Shown piece by piece: positions 37,528-50,062 of a stretch of 64,000 nucleotides of DNA (its first letter is position 1; each line of letters starts with the position of its first letter). Source of the DNA: Callorhinchus milii. Lineage: Eukaryota. The position numbers and the translations under genes are program-made. Under the pieces are notes generated by a model. The model was not told the origin of the DNA and did no database searches. It saw only the letters and a list, made by a program, of their open reading frames with translations. The stretch is from positions 2,110,001 through 2,174,000 of the forward strand of contig NW_024704742.1 of NCBI RefSeq assembly GCF_018977255.1. The letters are read 5' to 3'.

Positions 37528-37689
37528 ATCTGGACTGATGTGGAACAAGAGGTTTAAAATCACTCAATTGTCGGGAGTGAAGTTGCTTCATTCTCGGTGA
37601 AACGAGCCGAGCTTAGGCGGGCACAATGTTCAGTTCTAACTACAGAGGAAATGTGCATCATTTCCCTTCTAATCTCACAAAGCACAAAG

Positions 37690-38280
37690 CTAAGCCCGGC
37701 TCAGTTTGTATGAGCTCTCACCTCTGAGTCAGAGGCTGAGGGTTCAAGCCCCACGTCAGAACTGTGAACTCAGATAGCCTCGGCTGACATCCCAGTACAA
37801 AGTTAGGGCGAGTGCTGCGTTTTTGGAGGTGCCATATTTCGGATGAGATGTTAAAAGAAAATAATCCTTGCATCCAGTATAGCGTCGTTCACTTCACGAG
37901 GATGTCCCTAAGAGTTTTCCAGCATTTTACTGTAAATATCGTTGGCAGCCCAGTTGTGCAGAGGAATGTCTCGCAAACAGCTATGAAACAAATGACCAAT
38001 TTTGTTTGGAGGATTGGAGGATTGTTGGCTAGGACACGCTTAAAGATCTCATGCCATTATTTTAGAAAGAAGAGCAAGGGAGTTTCTCCTGATGGCCTGG
38101 CCAAAAATTCCCTGCATAGAATTGATCATTCACCTTATAACTGTTTGTGGGACCTTGTTGTGTGCAAATTAGCTGCAGTGTTTTGCCTATCTAATACACG
38201 CTCGTAAACACTTGGCAGTAAAGCGCTTTGAGACCTCCTTCTGATGTGAAAGGTGTGATCTCGAATTCAAGGATTGTTAC
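37690..38280 (+). mobile_element. Deu-domain SINE with an antisense SINE 3' half nested at about 37857-38037
   Basis: Head and TTCGGATGAGATGTTAAA before the insert; TAAAGATCTCATGCC...tail after it. Confidence 0.75.
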
Positions 38281-38298
38281 AGTGAACTCCTTACAGCT

Positions 38299-38633
38299 TA
38301 TAATAATAATAATAATAATAATCCTTGCATTTGATATAGCGCTTTTCACGTCGGGAGGACGTCCCAAAGCGCTTCACAGAATATACTGTAAAGTGAATTG
38401 ACTGTATATTTGAGGGCGAACGCGGCAGCCAATTGCGCACAGCAATGTCCCACAAACAGTCATAGGTTGAAAATGACCAATTTTATTATATTGTTTTTGG
38501 TTTTTTGGAGGGATTATTATTAGGCTCTGTGTGGAGTAAGGAAACTTGCCTAAGGTTTCGCCCTCTGCCTGGAATTGAACTCAGGTCTCTCGCTTGCAAA
38601 GCGAGTGCTCTAACCACTGAGCTACAGGACTCC
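38299..38633 (-). mobile_element. Young SINE, short form, full length (CTCCC loop)
   Basis: Near-identical to 53226-53570 and 19347-19665. Confidence 0.95.
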
Positions 38634-39840
38634 ACATCATTCCAAGGGGAAAGGGTTCAGTGACGAGTTATCTGGCGTGCCGAGTCAGACATATGTTAAG
38701 TACGTATGTTAAGTCCTCTCACTAGTACTCTCATTGGGACTCTTACAGAGACAGAGGCACAGAGCACAGTTCCTCTGGCTGCTGTCAGCTTTCCAGTTCC
38801 TCACCTCGGTGACCATTTTTCCTTTATGAATCTTGACGTTGAGCACCCACAGAGTATTGTATCTAGAAAAAAAATATAGATTTGAGTAATCTTGAGTTTG
38901 ATATCGCAGCTCTGCGATCTTTCTTGTCAACAGTTTGACGTGCATTTGATGAATGTTATTCAATGATGAATCCATCTCAAAGGTACTTTTTCATGGCTTC
39001 AACATTTCAAATCGCATTTGCCTTTGCGCCGGTGCCATCTGAAAGGTTGCAATAAATTCACACGTTCCTGGGCAAACCATCAACGTGTTTCATTGAGGCT
39101 GTCATGGTAAAAAGCAGTAGACCTGTGCAATGCTTTGGGGGCAAGCAAAAAGACAAGCTGTCCTTGCGCTCGTTCCACTGAAGGAGTCTGAAAACAATCC
39201 ATTCTCGTACACGCACCACCTTTGCTTTCCCTTTACATAAATAAAATGGAATTGATGTCGGTCTGGTTCATTCGGTGGCACTCTCGCCTCTGAATCAAAA
39301 GGTTGTGGGTTCAACACGAACAACTTGCATTTATACAGCGCCATTCATGCTTAAGGGTTTAAGAACCCCTGACATGGGCACCCCAAACATGCAAAGATCA
39401 TTTGGCACCGCTGTATTTGAAAAGAGAAGGAAGTTTCTCCGGTTGTCCTTGACAACAATTCTCACTGATTACAAAAGAATTGGTCATTCACTTCATGGCT
39501 GTTTGTGAGACATTGCTGTGCACAAATTCCGTGCTGTATTTGCCTACAAAATACATTCACTAAACTATCAGCTGTTTTGATGCAATTGCTGTTGCAGATG
39601 CAAACATTATTTTATTTTTTTTATTAATAAAAGAAGAATGCAAATGATTCTGGAACCTTTGCATCAGTTTGTTACTTAGATAATGAATAAGTTCCTCTGT
39701 ACACTAGCGTTGATTGGTACCTACCATCCACCTTGTGACGGCTCAAACCCACGCTTGTCGGATGTCAAACGACCAATGTTTAATTCTAAAAATAATGAAA
39801 TGACTATCTTCCTTGGGGGGAGGTCAGGTAAGCAGGATCT

Positions 39841-40040
39841 CCTTGGAGCTGAACTGGCTCCACGGTGATGTGTTTGGCAATGAAATGCCAGCCCACCCTG
39901 GTTGTCTGTCGTCTGGTTCCTGAACCAGGTGGATCCCAGGCGTTCCAGGGCACTGCTGATGACAGCACAGCCCAGCCTGGCTCATCGGCAGAACCCGCAC
40001 ACTCTGGGGTCCTCAAGCTTTGGCTCCTGCTCAGCCTGTG
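39841..40040 (-). repeat. Unclassified GC-rich interspersed repeat, copy 3
   Basis: Reverse complement CCAGGCTGGGCTGTGCTGTCATCAGCAGTGCCCTGGAAC...CCTGGTTCAGGAACCAGACGAC...GTTCAGCTCCAAG. Confidence 0.7.
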
Positions 40041-41734
40041 CCCAATACTTTCTGGAATTATGTAAGCAGGACGCGTCCTCCCTCGAGGGAGAGAGAGAGA
40101 GAGAGAGAGAGCGCATTCCATTCCAGCAATCTGTCTCTGGGATTTCCATGTGTAGGTGGCACGCGTGGAAATCTCAGTTTGGTTTGGAGACTCTTAAGCA
40201 ACGGTGACACCCCCCCCAAAAAAAAATCAAGATTTACACATAATTAGCTCAGCTCACATAAGGTGTCCTGAAAAAAAAATTATTTGCGTTCAGTAAATCT
40301 TCCATCCATATTGGCTCCCAAAGTGACCCTCCGATGTTCGTTGAGGTTCCAAGATATAATTGAAGATGCCTTTAGAAATCAGATGTGCACTTGCCATGCT
40401 TCCAGGCAACGGGGCATGAAAACTGCTTTTAAATACAAATCAAAGCAGTCATGTTTCTCGGTTATTTTGAAGGCATGACTGAAAGGCACTTTTGGAGTGG
40501 CATGTGACATGTACCAGAGACTCGCGGATAGAGCAGAGTAATGAAGGATGAGACTAGGTGCCTGATGTGGCCTATTCTGAACTTACCATTTGTGCTTCGT
40601 AAACAGCCCCATTATTCAATAAAACCAAAGGCACAGGACTATTGTTGTCATTTTTTTTAATTTAACATTTCAGGCTTTTTATCCAGTGTTTTCTCTTCCA
40701 AACCGTACCACGCAGATTGAGCTTTCTTGCGGCAAACTGCATTAAATTGTCCCAATTTGAGAGTACATTTGAGTAAATAAACATGAATACCCATAGGGTA
40801 ATTCCATGATCATGGTGCTGATACAATCTAATTTCTTCATAAATTCTCTGGCGTACCCTTGGATAGCACTGTATTTTCATTGCGACGTGAAACAGTATAA
40901 GCTGCTGCATTTAATTAATACTAATGGCTTTGTGTACGGTATAGCTCTACCTAATAACAAGCTGCAATGCCAGGCTGTCATCCTTACACAAAATGTGATT
41001 TACTGTGTTGATGTTAGCACGGCTATGAATTATTCACTCGCTTTTCTGCTCCCTTTCCTGCACGTGTAATGTCATCTGGATGAATTTCATATCAATAAAT
41101 CCTAAATTGCTTAGCAGCACCAATTTCATGCTTGGCCTTTCATAAGCCACACACACGTAAAAAGGCATTCTTCACGTGGCCAAATAGTCTTATTTCAGTG
41201 CATAGACTCTCAGAAACAATGACAAATCAGCATTGCTTAATCTAATGCCTTCGAAAAAGAAAGGCCTACTTGCTGAAACTCTGTATAATATGATTTATCG
41301 ATAGTTTTCCGAGGGCTAAAGTGGCTCTTTATTAATGTGATTCAAGTAAGGAACAAAAGATCAGGAGTGGAAAAAGACATTAGGTGCTTTCGGGTTCAAG
41401 TTGAATTACGTTCATTGTGGCTTGGAAAGTATTGCTTGGGAATGATACGGAATAAGCTACATTACTGACTGCTCGATCCTCGAGGTTGTCTATAAATTGT
41501 ACCAAGTAGTAACATGTGCAATTCTGCAGCGCAGCAGATTTGGTGCATGTTCCGTTGCAAGAGCCAAGCCGGCTGGAAAAGAAAATTGCAATTTCCAGCG
41601 CAAGCAATTGCTGGGGCATTAGCACAGCTTAACACTTATGGATCATTATCCTTGACCCTTAAAGTGCTGGTGTTTAGCTTATTTATTCACAGCTCCAGAT
41701 TCCCAAATAAATGTAAAAAAAAACATCAATAATT

Positions 41735-41909
41735 TGGTTACTCAATGCCACGGCTGTGTGTGGGGACGCTGCTGTGCGCAATCGGCTGCCGCCTTTCGCC
41801 CACAAAGTACACAGTCAATTCACTTACACTATATTCTGTGAAGCGCTTTGAGACGTCCAGAAGACGTGATAAGGCGCTACATGAAATGCAAGGATTATTA
41901 TTATTATTA
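41735..41909 (+). mobile_element. SINE 3' half
   Basis: Body, tail and (TTA)n match full copies. Confidence 0.88.
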
Positions 41910-42599
41910 GTAGACATGAAATGCAAGTTGGAGACCAAGCGTGATGCACGTCTGTTGAACATCCGTTGTTCCAGCTGTTGACTGACAACAAAGGCAATCT
42001 GTAAAAATGCTTTTAAGGCGGTTGAAAATAGCGTCTCTCAAATTGTAAAGTGGAAGAAAGGTAAGCAATAGGTGTTCAAGTTAAAAATGAGTAGGACAAA
42101 GGTAAGAGTAGGTAGAAATATAGACAAATACGTTGAAATGGTAAAATTACAGTTGAAATGCTAAAAAAGACAACAGAAAGGAAGGCAAGCAGTGAACAGA
42201 CAATAGAAAGAGTGCAGAAGTGCTCGTATATTGTATTTTTATCTTTATTTGTGGCTAGGTATCTTTATTATCGAAATATTGGTGTAACTCTAGGCTGTGA
42301 GCTACACATGTATCAGTGGGCCACAGAATAAGATGATTTTATTGACCTGGCAGCAGTCTTACAGTTAAAAAAAAGTAGTCAGTTTAGATTGTTTATTGGA
42401 TTATTTGGTCAGTGTTCAGCCAGATGATAGAGGCTTGTTATGTGCACTAGAAAATGGACAAATCTTCCCTATCAGGTACTGAGGCCTATGACGTAAAGGT
42501 AATTATGAGGAAAGGTAATTAATAGTACAGAGGTGGAGTGAAGCTCCATTTACTCTGCCTCAATGAATTGCCTCTTCCCCAATCTCAGTAGAGCATCAG

Positions 42600-42850
42600 G
42601 AGGTGTGGAAGGTTTTGAAACAGGCCTTGAAGGAGGCAAGGGAGGGAGTTCCAAAGGGTGGGGGCAGAGAGGCTGAAGGCCCGACTGCCGATCGTGGGGC
42701 GGGCAGGGCGGGGAACGTGGAGCAGGCCAGAGTCCTTTGAGCGGAGGGACCAGACAGGTCGGAATGGAGTTAGCAGCTCACAAAGGTAGGGAGAAGCAAA
42801 GCAGCGGTAAGCTGTGAAAGCGAGGGCAAGTCTTTTGGACTGTATTCTCT
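42600..42850 (-). mobile_element. L2 LINE ORF2 3' fragment
   Basis: Homologous to the reverse complement of 15960-16200. Confidence 0.8.
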
Positions 42851-43284
42851 GGGGGAGATTGAATGGGCCAAGTGGCCTTCTTCATCCTGACCAACCTTAT
42901 GATCTTGTGAGTAAGCAGCAAATTGCTGTAAACCAGCGCTGTATAACGCTTGAGTTTTTTTTTCTTCTATGCGAGTCTCGTTTTATTCAACACGCTTTGA
43001 TTATCACCCGGGATTGCCTGAATAATTTTTGGACATTTGCGTTCTTATACACGAGCAACAAAAAGTTTCTAACGGTCTTCATAACTATGGTCAAGTGATG
43101 AATCCAGTCTGTTAAACAAATTGGAATGTAGCATTGCCTTCCTCCGTATGTCATCCATTTGTTGCACCATCTGGGCTTATAGTGTGTCTCTGCTAGCCTC
43201 ACCAATCTCTCAGGCTTTTTCTGTTTCAAAAATCCTAATGAGTCATGTCCGTACTTGCTCAGTAAACAGACGAAGATCTCTCCA

Positions 43285-43580
43285 CTCAAAAGTCTTCAGA
43301 TGATTTGGGGGTTTGATAAGGTTAGCATAATTAGACTGTTTCCACCTGTTGTGGCGTTTGTAACCAGGCAACACGAGTATAAGATATCGACTAGCGGATC
43401 TAAAACAGAATTTAGGAGGAAATTTTTCACGCAGAGGCTGGTGAGAATGTGCCCGAAGCAATGGTTGAATTAGATGCATTACATGTATTTAAGAGGAACC
43501 TAGACTTTTACATGAGGGAGAGGTGAATAGAAGGGGATGAAAGGAAGTAAGGAGCAGGTAGAGACTTATCAAATTAGATC
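43285..43580 (+). mobile_element. CR1-type 3' fragment (second family)
   Basis: GFDKV...RLFP...TRQHEYKI...TEFRRKFFTQRLVRM. Confidence 0.8.
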
Positions 43581-43634
43581 TCAAGCATCTTTGACAAGAA
43601 GAAGTCTAGGACCTAGGACCTGGAGTTCCTTTAC

Positions 43635-43822
43635 CTTGCCCCTTCCCTCACTTCCTTCAAGTCTGTCTCAAGAACCTCCTCTTTGACTGGGCCTTCGGTC
43701 ATCCTTACCCATCCTCTCGGTTCCAACACCCTGCTCGGGGACAAATGCTGGACTGCCCAGCACCTTGAGATGTCCTCTTGACATGAAAGGTGCTATTTCA
43801 ATGTAAATTTGTTGGTGGTGGT
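43635..43822 (+). mobile_element. Older L2 3' end
   Basis: CCTTCAAGTCTGTCTCAAGAACCTCCTCTTTGAC then a degraded stem-loop tail. Confidence 0.75.
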
Positions 43823-44620
43823 GTTTCTTAGTATGATTATGCTACAGTTGCACCATTTCAGGAACTATAATAATTATTATCCTTTTTGTTCGGTTCAACG
43901 GCTATCACGTTCAGGAGCATGTCTCAAGACGTTTCTGAAGATAAACTGAAATGCGTAGCGACTGTGAATGTGTGGGCCAACCATTTGCACACGGCAACGA
44001 GCCACAAACAGCCACGGAGCGAGTGACCAATTTTGTTTGGGGGATTGTTGACCAGGACACCGGAAGAAACTGATGTTCCACACAAAAGTGGATGAACTCT
44101 ATTTGTACTGGTCCTTGTGACCCACAATCCGATTCCTAACTCTCGATGGGATCCCCCTTTTTGCCGAAAGTGTTAGTAAGCAGAGCACAAGCTGCTTTTG
44201 CTGAAACTCAACTGTTCGGAACCAACACTCTATGGGGAAATCACTCGACGCTTGTTAATTTTGTACTCGCAGCCTAAAATAAATAACTTGCTTGCATCTT
44301 AGCATTTTATTCTGTAGCGCTCAGCACTTTAAAGTTCTGGATCAATTCCCCCCTCTCAATCTTCTTTCCAACAATAAACCTATCATTGCAGCTTGGAGCT
44401 GTTAGCCCTGGAATGATCCGTTCTGCTCCTCTCCAACCCCCTCTCCATTTCATGGCACCCTTTTGAAGGTCAAGTGCCAGAAGTGCACCCGATGGGATTG
44501 ACCTGACCACGTTAAGAATCTGGACAAAGTTGATTTAAGTGCACAGGAGTGCGTAGAACTGGAAAGGACCATGATGATGCATCTCATCGTACAATAGTCC
44601 ATCCCAGAGTACAATATCCC

Positions 44621-44999
44621 GGAGTCCTGTAGCTTAGTGGTTAGAGCACTCGCCTCACAGGCGAAAGGACCTGGGTTCGATTCCCGGGCAGGGTGAAACG
44701 TTGGGCAAGTTATTCACTCCACACGCCTCTGTTTACTTAGCAGTAAGTAGGAACCCAATTGATAGTCGATTGGCGGATTGCTTTTCCGGGGGGTAAGAAT
44801 TCCCTCAAAATAAATAAAAATATTTTTTCTCACTCAGTCCACGACTGTCTGTGGGGACGCTGCTGTGTACAATCGGCTGCCGCATTTCACCACAAAATAT
44901 ACAGTCGATCCACTTTACAATATATTCTGTGAAGCGCTTTGAGACGTCTCGAAGACGTGATAAGGCGCTATATCAAACGCAAGGATTTATTATTATTAT
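44621..44999 (+). mobile_element. tRNA-derived SINE, long form, full length (CORE-like segment, TCGAA loop)
   Basis: A/B boxes, CORE-like 44701-44755, Deu-type 3' body, L2-type tail, (TTA)n. Confidence 0.93.
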
Positions 45000-45049
45000 A
45001 ACTATGTTTGATTGTTCGTAGCTCTTGATTTCTTCACCTGTAGTCATGC

Positions 45050-45430
45050 ATAATAATGACAATCCTTGCAATTAGACCTTATCATTTCACTAAAACGATT
45101 CAAAGCACTTCACAGGAATTACTGTAAAATCTTGACACTGGGTGGCTATAGGCAAACGTAACAGCCAGTTTCCACGCAGAAATGTCCCACAAATAGCCAT
45201 GAAGTGAATGATCACTTTTATCTGGAGGATTGCTGGCCAGGACACCGGGAGAAACTCACTTCTCTTTTCCAATGGTGTCGTAAGATTTTTAACGGCCACC
45301 TGAACAGGCAGGTGGACCTTGCTCTCACGCTTCATCTGAAGGACGACATTTCCGGCAATGAAATGCTTCTCTCAACACTACATTGGAGTGTCAGCCTACA
45401 TTATGAGCTCAAAATCCTGACATGGGGCTT
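45050..45430 (-). mobile_element. Deu-domain SINE
   Basis: Reverse complement AAGCCCCATGTCAGG...GCTGACACTCCAATGTAGTG...CCTTCAGATGAAGCGT...GGTGTCCTGGCCA, then tail. Confidence 0.8.
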
Positions 45431-46330
45431 TATATAGTCAACTGCAGTGAAAGAAAAATCACCTTTGCCGGATAAAGACATTAAAAAGGTTTGCGATACG
45501 ATTTTGTTGAATAATTGATTGATGGCAACTCAGATTTTTTTCTTTTGCTGTGAAAATCAAATGGATTGATGATCACTTGCCCGCTCGTGCCAAAATATTA
45601 CTAGACGCGGTCGTCGTTCAACGACACTGAAGCTCGAGACGTATAACTGGCTGATGCCAACCCAGAGGCTCCAGTGGACGCAACACTTGGGGAAGTAAAT
45701 TTGATTCCCTCCACCACGAGTAAAGAGATGCTTTAGGTAATTTACTTTTCTCACAGAAGCCCATCGCAATGCCCTTGATGTCACTTTAGCTGAAATCAGT
45801 TCACTCAGCACAGAGCAGGGATCACACTTAGGCACACGGTGGCTTGTGTGACTCAGTTAAACTCTGGGCGCTGAACCGTCAGAGCCATTGGGGAAGCTTT
45901 TCAAAATTATTTTGATGGAAGGGAATGGTGGTTTGTCATGTATTTTATCCAGCTATGCCTCAGAGAAGGGGTGCACACACACACACAGACACATACACAC
46001 GCACGCACGCACATACACACCCCGCTGCCTGGAACCCCTCGCGCTTTGCAAGGAAGACACTGGAAAAATTTGCTTGCTTGACCCGATTCTCACCTCAATT
46101 GCATCTGTGCCATTTTAAGAAAAGAGTAATGAGGTCATCTTGTTGAGGTGTGCCGACTTGCCATTTTTAGCACTCTTTCAATAATTGATACTTAACCAAC
46201 TACATTTTCATCCTTCAGTAATGTGGTTGAGGGAGTCCATTAGTGCCTTGTTTAAGAAATTAATAATTATGTATAAGTCATATTAAAGCAATTGCTTATA
46301 ATGTATCGAACAGCCACCTCACTTTAAAGG

Positions 46331-46700
46331 AAACGCAAAATCCTGCGGACGCTGGAAATCTGAAACAAAAACAGAAGTGGCCGGGAACACTCAGCGGCTC
46401 AGGCAGCATCTATGGAGAGAGGAAAGTGAGTCAACGTTTCGGGTCCACGACCCTTCGTCAGAACTGAGGCACGTTGGGAGGGAGAAGCTTTTAAGGGCTA
46501 ACGGAGATGGGGGCGGAGGGGGGGGCAAGGAAGACAAAGGAGAAGATAGGGGTAGAGGACAGGGGATGAATGGTTAAAGAGGTGTTAATGATCCAAAACA
46601 AAAAGGATGGTGGGGGGTTGCAACAAAACAGGGGAATAGAGGTGTGAATAATGCACAACAAAATGGTGGGGGAAAATTGCACCAAAATAGGCAGATCAGA
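46331..46700 (-). mobile_element. Penelope-like element terminal-repeat region
   Basis: Hammerhead core plus flanking GATGCTGCCTGAGCCGCTGAGTGTTCCCGGC...CCAGCGTCCGCAG and a pyrimidine-rich upstream segment, recalled as typical of chondrichthyan Penelope repeats; second copy at 2874. Confidence 0.7.
46429..46465 (-). ncRNA. Minimal type I hammerhead ribozyme motif
   Basis: Minus strand AGUU-CUGACGA-A-GGGUC-GUG-GACCC-GAAAC-GUU-GACU: intact core, 5-bp stem II, 4-bp stem I, palindromic stem III (AACGUU). Confidence 0.8.
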
Positions 46701-46904
46701 GAGAGAAAAGATGTGTCTGGAACCCAGATGATGTGGTGACCAAGGTTCATACTGTTTGTCGACTTAAATCTTACTTGTTAGGGCGTTTGGCTTTCAGAGT
46801 TAACAGAAGCTGAATAGGAACCCAGTGATTGTCGCGTCTGTTACCAATACCGCTCCGGTGTACATCAGCGCCAAGTAAGGTTACAGGGTAGATTCATGGC
46901 GGGT

Positions 46905-47223
46905 TAATAATAATAATCCTTGCATTTGATATAGCGCTTTGCACGTTGGGAGGACGTCCCAAAGCGCTTCACAGAACACACTGTAAAGTGAATTGACTGT
47001 ATATTTGTGGGCGAACGCGGCAGCCAATTGCGCACAGCAATGTCCCACAAACAGTCGTGGATTGAAAATGACCAATTTATGATTATTTTTGGTTTTGGAG
47101 GGATTATTATTAGGCTCTGTGTGGAGTAAGGAAACTTGCCCAAGGTTTCGCCCTCTGCCTGGAATTGAACTCAGGTCTCTCACTTGCAAAGCGAGTGCTC
47201 CAACCACTGAGCTACAGGACTCC
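46905..47223 (-). mobile_element. Young SINE, short form, full length (CTCCC loop)
   Basis: Near-identical to 19347-19665, sharing the GGTTGGAGC and GCAAGTGAG variants. Confidence 0.95.
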
Positions 47224-47434
47224 ACAACAATTGTTGCAGTTAAAAGGAATGGCTTGAATAATTGGGATAGTTTTCTTTGGAGCAGAGAAAGTTACGAGGG
47301 AATCTTTTTGCAGATCTTCCATTCTGAGAAAACTTTTGAGAGAACAAATAGTGAAAAATCGTTCCTGTTTATTGGTGAAGTGGCAACAAAAGAGACCCAA
47401 ACTCTGGAACAATACCGGAAGGGTTAGGGGGCAG

Positions 47435-47712
47435 TTTGGAAACCTTATTTCATGCAGAGGATTGTTTGGACTGCTTTATCACGAGGATCTATAATAATAA
47501 TAATAATAATAATCCTTGCATTTGATATAGCGCTAACAGCATTTTAAAAAAACGGAATCAGATGAACGTTTGAAGAGGAACGATATAAAAAAAGACGCAG
47601 GGAATGAGAAGGGAAATGGAGTTAGAATAGTTAACTCTAGCGGAGGATTGAGCACAACCTTAGGATCAATTGGCCATAGGGCCTCATTGTACGTTGCAAT
47701 TTATAGGATTCT
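47435..47712 (+). mobile_element. CR1-type 3' end with an antisense SINE tail inserted at 47491-47534
   Basis: TATTTCATGCAGAGGATTG before the insert; GCATTTTAAAA...GATGAACGTTTGAAGAGG after it; insert is (TAA)nTCCTTGCATTTGATATAGCGCT. Confidence 0.65.
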
Positions 47713-48209
47713 TCACTTCATTCCCTTCACTTCATTCATAGACATAATCGTTGGCCGCTGTTTGTTCAGGAGGAAAATAACGATGTGGAAACTACTTCAA
47801 ACCGACTTTCCCGCTTCCCACGTGCAATTCATCATTGTCTGTTTGTTTTTATCCAACGTGCCCAGTTTGTAAGCGGAGAGTGTTACACATAGGAATTTGT
47901 GTAATCATTTTGCCTGCAAAGCTGCTGTGTCCATCTTGATTAAGGTTCTGTGGTTACCTTAATTCAGTGCTGAATGTCCAAAGTGCTTATTTATAATGAA
48001 TCTATTATCTCAGAAGCCCATCAGGGTAATAGAAATGTCTCTTTAGTTCCTTCAGTCACCTCTGGGCACACCTACTCTATTCTTCTGTTGCAGTTTGTGA
48101 GGCTTGAAAGACAGCAACAAACTGGTGGTACAGACGCATTTCAAGTCTCATGTATTCCCAGACATATGGATGGGATACATAGGAGCATAGATACACAGAC
48201 AGTGCACAT

Positions 48210-48645
48210 AGATACCGTCCTTCAGATGAGACTCGAAACTGAGGTCCGGTCTCCATGTTTATGTGAACGTTAAATATACAATGGTACTATTCAAAAAGAG
48301 AAACGTTTCTCCCAGTGTCCTAGCCAACAATCCTCCAGATAAAAATTGGCCATTCGTTTGTGGCATATTGCTGTGTGCACATGGGGCTGCTGCGTTCATC
48401 CACAAAACACACTGTCAATACACTTTACAGTAAAATCTTGTGGAGCGTTTTGAGGCATTTTGATAGAGTGATCAGGCGCTGTATGCTAATGTTGTTGAGG
48501 CATCAAAAGGTCCTTTACAGGATAGACTGTGAGAAACCTAAATGAAATACACAGTCGTTACACTTTACAATATATCCCGTGAAGTGCTTTGAGACGTCAT
48601 CCTGACATGAAAGATGCTGTATCAAATGTAAGCATTATTTTTATT
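48210..48645 (+). mobile_element. Deu-domain SINE body followed by a second tail
   Basis: CCGTCCTTCAGATGAGAC...AAACTGAGGTCC...GTGTCCTAGCCAAC; tails near 48480 and 48630. Confidence 0.7.
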
Positions 48646-49180
48646 AAAACGTCAGCAGGCCAGATCTGGTGCCGAAACCTTTTTGCAGTTGGATCTTATC
48701 TTTGCGGAGGCAAAGAATCCACAACTTTGTGACTCAGAGGTGAGAATGCAAGCAACTGAGCTGGTTGATGCTGGAGATTGACTTCAAAGATACTGCTTGC
48801 CTTTCTAATAATTCCGTTGTCTAATAATATACAAATATTGGTGCAAACTGAGGGAAACAGGAGCAATTTTACAGTACTTCTTAACTGGATTGAATAAGGG
48901 ATCTGGATATGTGGGAACTTCTCACATCTTGCAACACTCCAATGTAGTCTATTCTCCAGACCAACGTGCCCTCAGGTTAGTGTGAGATGCTTTCCGATCG
49001 AAGGACGGACACATTCACATTGAACTTTTAAGAAAGTTCTCAAGAGCTGTCGTAAAATTGAGCCGTCATGGCACACTGTTTTCCCAAAGGGTTTCAGCAG
49101 TGACCGGGGAAGATGGTGTTACGGCCAATGGCATTATTGGATACTCAAAGTCACTTGCGCAGTTTTTTAGTTGATGAATC

Positions 49181-49540
49181 ACAACAAATTGCATTTATAG
49201 AGCACCTTTCAACGTCAGGAGAATGTCCCGAGGCGCTGAGCAGTTGGCAGTCTCCATCCGAGATGGGGTTTGGATTGGGAGGGGGGAGGTGGTTGGGGAT
49301 GAAGGAGAGTAGGGATGGGGGGTGGGAAGATGATCAAAGGTGCGGTCAAAGAGGAAGATCTTCGGATGGATCTTGAAGGAGACGAGGGAAGGGGCAGGGT
49401 GAAGGAAGCCTGTTATGGAGTTACACACAGTGGGAGCAGAAAGGTTGAAAACCTAACCGCTGATGGCGGGGCGGGTTGAGTGTGTGAGGGGAAGCAGGCC
49501 GGTGCTAAGCAGACCGAGCAGGTGGGTTGATAAGGTGATA
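49181..49540 (-). mobile_element. Older L2 3' end
   Basis: Collinear with the reverse complement of 16000-16350. Confidence 0.8.
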
Positions 49541-49947
49541 ACCTTGTGCTCTGTAAAGTGCAGTCAATGTGTGCTTTTCTACGCCGTTAAATTTATTTAG
49601 AACAGACTCAGCGCTTGGAGACCAAGGACAAAGAAACAGTCCGTCTCTTGTGGGCTCTGTCGTGACAATTGATAGCGAGGGCGCGCTCTGAGGTGAAAAG
49701 TGTTGGTGATTTTCGCAGCGTGGCTGCTCGTACTTGATGCGTGGCATTGAACTATGCTAATATGCCCAGGGAAACCTTCTTATTTGCCACAATGAGCTCT
49801 GTGGCATCAGCAGGCAGTTGGTCTGAGTTCTCGTAGCATTTGCGTCAATTAAATGGCAAATTGTTTTGTCACCTGTGGTTGCTCTTCAAGCTAACGCAGC
49901 CAGAATTTCAGCTCAAACAAAGCTGGAGAATTACAGTATCGAGCAAT

Positions 49948-50062
49948 AAATAATAATAATAATCCTTGCATTTGATGCAGCGCCTTATCGCATCTTCGAG
50001 ACATCTCAAAGCGCTTTGCAGACTATACTGTAAAGTGAACTGACAGCGTATTTTGTGGGCGA
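49948..50062 (-). mobile_element. SINE tail fragment
   Basis: (TAA)nTCCTTGCATTTGAT...CTCAAAGCGCTT...TTTTGTGGGCGA. Confidence 0.8.

Noticed and set aside
39945..39995. CTGATGA in the unclassified repeat as a hammerhead core
   Set aside because: No stem II followed by GAAA in any of the three copies
44645..44700. Resemblance of this SINE head to tRNA-Val(CAC)
   Set aside because: CTCAC is explained by CpG decay of the CTCGC loop seen at 9119 and 23925
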